Assembly (NCBI RefSeq): GCF_035084215.1
Contig: NC_090328.1
Span: 65,472,001 to 65,536,000, forward strand
Source of the DNA: Heptranchias perlo
Taxonomy: Eukaryota
DNA length: 64,000 nucleotides
Direction of reading: 5' to 3'
In this document: positions 60,608 through 64,000 of the stretch, one piece after another
Position numbering within the stretch: the stretch's first letter is position 1
How the letters are laid out: each line of letters starts with the position of its first letter
Made by a program: the position numbers and the translations under genes
The notes under the pieces: generated by a model
Seen by the model: the letters and a program-made list of their open reading frames with translations, nothing else
What the model was told of the DNA's origin: nothing
The model's database searches: none

Positions 60608-61937
60608 AATGTAAATGTCCATTTTGAATTATTGACACCAAGTTACAGTTGGGAAACTGGGAGAACCCCCACGGACTTTCAGGACCTAAGTAAGGCAGAC
60701 CGAACAGTTTCCCTAATTTTCTTGAAGTGTTTTCATTTATGTATACATATAAGAAATCATACAAGAAAATAATCCAAGACGCACAAGAAAAAAAGAAAGA
60801 AGAGATGACATGGATCATGATCTGGGAGTACCGTGATAGCTATCCCATGACCACATATACTGTAGCACCAGCTAAAAATAGAAGTTTTTGTGGTTTTGCT
60901 GGGAGTCAAATGTCCTGGGAATGTTACAGCCTGCATATGCCTCATATGCCTCCAAGCATCATCAGAGAGTGAAAACATTTAACACAACAGAAAAAGTTTT
61001 TCACTAAATGAATATGCAGCTGTTGTTGCTGCTGTGTGTCCTGGGGCTGCTGTCTGGCACTGCTGATTCTTCTGTGTTTTGATCAGGTCATTCCTATCGC
61101 CTCCATACCTTACATTAGAGTGTCTATTGACACGACTGTGACAGCTAATGCGTTGCACTGTGTCAGCCAATCAGTTGGAGGCGGGGCAGGACTTATGGCA
61201 GGATTCACAACAGTCTATTTTACAGCAAACAAAGTCTGTTTACTCAAAAAACAGCAAAGAAAACAAAGTCTATTTAAACAGCGCAATACAGCAAACGGTC
61301 TACAGAGTCTATTTACAAAGAGTCTCTATGAACTAGAGGAAACAGAACTCATGACCGAAACTACAGCAACTTCTTCTGATAAAAGCAATGTGATTTCGCC
61401 AGCAAAATGCAACGAGTGGAGGATAGTTACATACAAATTATGTGTGTAAAATCAATCCCAGTCACCTACAGCAAGCACGATTGACGTGGGAATTACCCAA
61501 TCATCCCCATTATGGCCGGGAATAGTGGTGTCACTATATGCAGCCTACCTACATGAAGACTGTGATATCCTATCTCCTTGATTAGTTAGCATTTTATGTG
61601 CTGAGGTTGTGCCAGGCTGTATCTCACAATGAATAGGGTATATGTTGAAAAGATTGGGTAATATATAACACATCCTATCTCACTTCTCTTCTGATCTTTG
61701 TCCATTCGTTAGCGCATTATCAACTCTTACTGTGTATTGTTGTTCCCAATAAAGATTCCTAATAAGTCTCATGCCTTTCCATCAATTCCAGCTCTCTGCA
61801 GAATATACCTATTGATCTTTCAGGCTTTAGTCTGTCAAACACTTGCTCACAATCTATGAAACATAGTTACACTTTTCTATTTAGTTCTATTGGTTGCTTA
61901 CAAATCATTCTCAACCAAATATTTCTTTGTGTGTTAA

Positions 61938-62335
61938 GCTTGGCTCACTGGTAGCACTCTTGCCTTGAGTCAGAAGGGTGTGGGTTCAAGCCCCACTCCA
62001 GAGACTTGAGCATGTAGTCCAGTGCAGTACTGAGGGAGTGCTGCACTGTGGGAGGTTCTGTCTTTTGGATGAGATGTTAAACCAAGGCCCCATTTGTCCT
62101 CTTACGTGGACATAAAAGATGACATGGCACTATTTGAAGAAGAGTAGTGGGTTCTCCTACTGTTACATATCCCATATATCTCATTGCTGTTTGTGAGACC
62201 TTGCTGTGTGCAAAATGGCTGCCGCATTTTCCTACATTACAACAGTAACTACATTTCAAAAAGTACTTCATTGGCTGTAAAGCACTTTGGGACATCCTGA
62301 GGTCATAAAAGACGTTATATAAATCCAAGTCCTTT
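61938..62335 (+). mobile_element. DeuSINE (SacSINE1-like), near full length
   Basis: A-box TGGCTCACTGG and B-box GGTTCAAGCCC. Deu core GTACTGAGGGAGTGCTGCACTG..GGATGAGATGTTAAACC..CATGGCACTATTTGAAGAAGAG. L2-like tail GTAAAGCACTTTGGGAC..TATATAAAT. Confidence 0.88.
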
Positions 62336-64000
62336 TCTTTCCCCATTCTAAAACCAAAGTGTTTCTACCTTAATTCTCCAACCTTTTTCCTTTTTATTCT
62401 TTTCAACATATACATTGAATTCATTTATGTGAAACAGTCAGGATGAGTTAGAAGTTGGATTTAAGATCAATGTAAAATTGATAAACAATTAAAGTATGTC
62501 AATGATACAGGACTGATTTTGGATACAGAATAAAGATTACATATGATATTTGAGAAGCTGAATTACTTGATTTTGGAAAATGAATTGAAAATAAATGCCA
62601 AGAGGACAAAATCAATGGTGATAATAAAGAAAGGGATGCTACTAAAAATTGGCCAGGTGTTTCCTCATCCTCAGCCTGGGAATCTGCCAACTGGCAGAAG
62701 TGGAACCCACCTGGAAGTTCAGGACTGGGCCATAACATTAGCCAATTTTCAGCCCCCTTATAAAGGTCACTGATAGCATCTTTCAAGGGGGCCCAGCATG
62801 CTTTCCTGAAGCGGGAACCCTCCACTGGATTTCCCCTGAATGGTGGGCACCTGAGATGCACACTCAGTGGCATGGGCACCTGCCATTGATATTATAATGA
62901 GGTGACCTCTGCCTGACCCCCCTCGTACTCTATAGGGGTCAACGCTGGAGATTACTGGCTGGTACTTCCTAGCATTTAAACCACAAAGTTGGGCCTGCAG
63001 CTTTTCAGCTGACCTTTCCACCATTTGGACAGCAATCACAAACTTTCCTGCGGCTAAATCCATTTTGTGAATGTCTGGCTCTTTAAGCTGCTGCAGGCCT
63101 TTAAATCTTGCAGCATTATGCTATTTCCCACCTCGCCCCTTCGATAGGAGAGTTCTCAATAAGAGGCATCTACAATGCCAATAGCCCCTCCTAATTATTG
63201 AACTGAACTGGTCCCAGAAATCATGATAGGTTCAGTGCCAATGTTGTCAGGGGGGTGACATTCTTATCCCACCACTTCCAGTGGGGATCACACCCTAGCA
63301 GAAAATCCATGCTTCTCATTCTTGCTGGAAGGATCAAATCTGCACAAATTTATGGGTTCAAAGGCCAAAGTCTGAAAAAACACCTAACATTAAAACTAAT
63401 CAGTCATCATCCTGAGTGCTGTGCTAGCCATTCCATCTGTGCCTATAATACAAACTAACATTTTGCGCAGCTGAATCATAGAAACTGCTGAAATTTAAAT
63501 AGTACAGGTATAAATGTTTGCATTTTGGAAAACTTCCACTGCTCCACTTCAGTGTCTGGGACAGTAAAACATAAGATTTATATCTGCCTGATAGGAAAAT
63601 ACTTGATGCAAATGTCCTGATGAACCCTTCTCGAATGACAAACTCAGCATATGTGTCAGACAGGTAATTTAATATTTCCCAGTGCGTGCACTGACTTGGG
63701 GTAGTCTCATATAAACCAGGGATGGGGGAATCAAAGTATAAACAGCACTTAACTCAGTTTAGCTAGTTCAGAAACTTTCAATTCTATGCTAAAACAATTC
63801 AGGGCAATCGATTCAACAGAATATTTTTTAAGTTGTGCATGCTATAGGGTGTGAATGAATATACTTGGAAAAAATATTAATAACTTTACGGTAAAAACTG
63901 ATTACTTATTTGCTTCAGCTGCAGAACACACTCCATGTAATTATAGAGTTTGGTTATGGCAAGTCGAGTAAGCAAATAAAAGCTTTTTTTGAGTACAGTC

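Noticed and set aside
61938-62010. tRNA gene (also at 36111-36190)
   Set aside because: The A and B boxes belong to SINE heads; there is no convincing cloverleaf.
1-64000. Strand bias of retroelements as evidence for a host transcription unit
   Set aside because: CR1 copies occur on both strands and the counts are too small to infer a direction.

Overview
This is eukaryotic genomic DNA, almost certainly from a cartilaginous fish (shark). The assignment is inferred from HER1/CR1-type LINE tails, SacSINE1-type DeuSINEs and shark-type Penelope and Harbinger repeats. I found no supportable host protein-coding exon, so the window reads as intronic or intergenic and is dominated by decayed mobile DNA. 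It holds many CR1 LINE fragments (one nearly intact at 4454-6349), several copies of a second CR1-clade (Zenon-like) LINE, an old L2, tRNA-derived SINEs, three PIF/Harbinger relics with convergent transposase and Myb/SANT genes, many short TIR elements (MITEs), Penelope-like pieces carrying minimal hammerhead-ribozyme motifs, and two neighbouring minisatellites (30 bp and 32-33 bp units) that create artefactual long ORFs. The most informative region is 33.4-41.2 kb. It contains a 263-bp hammerhead-bearing insert with an 11-bp TSD, a LINE plus inverted SINE-head chimera inside one 12-bp TSD, a ~2 kb inversion, and a chimeric Harbinger. I do not see a clearly new biological system; the findings are mechanistic traces and candidates. 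Family names come from recalled consensus features, not database searches, and boundaries are approximate unless a TSD or TIR is quoted.
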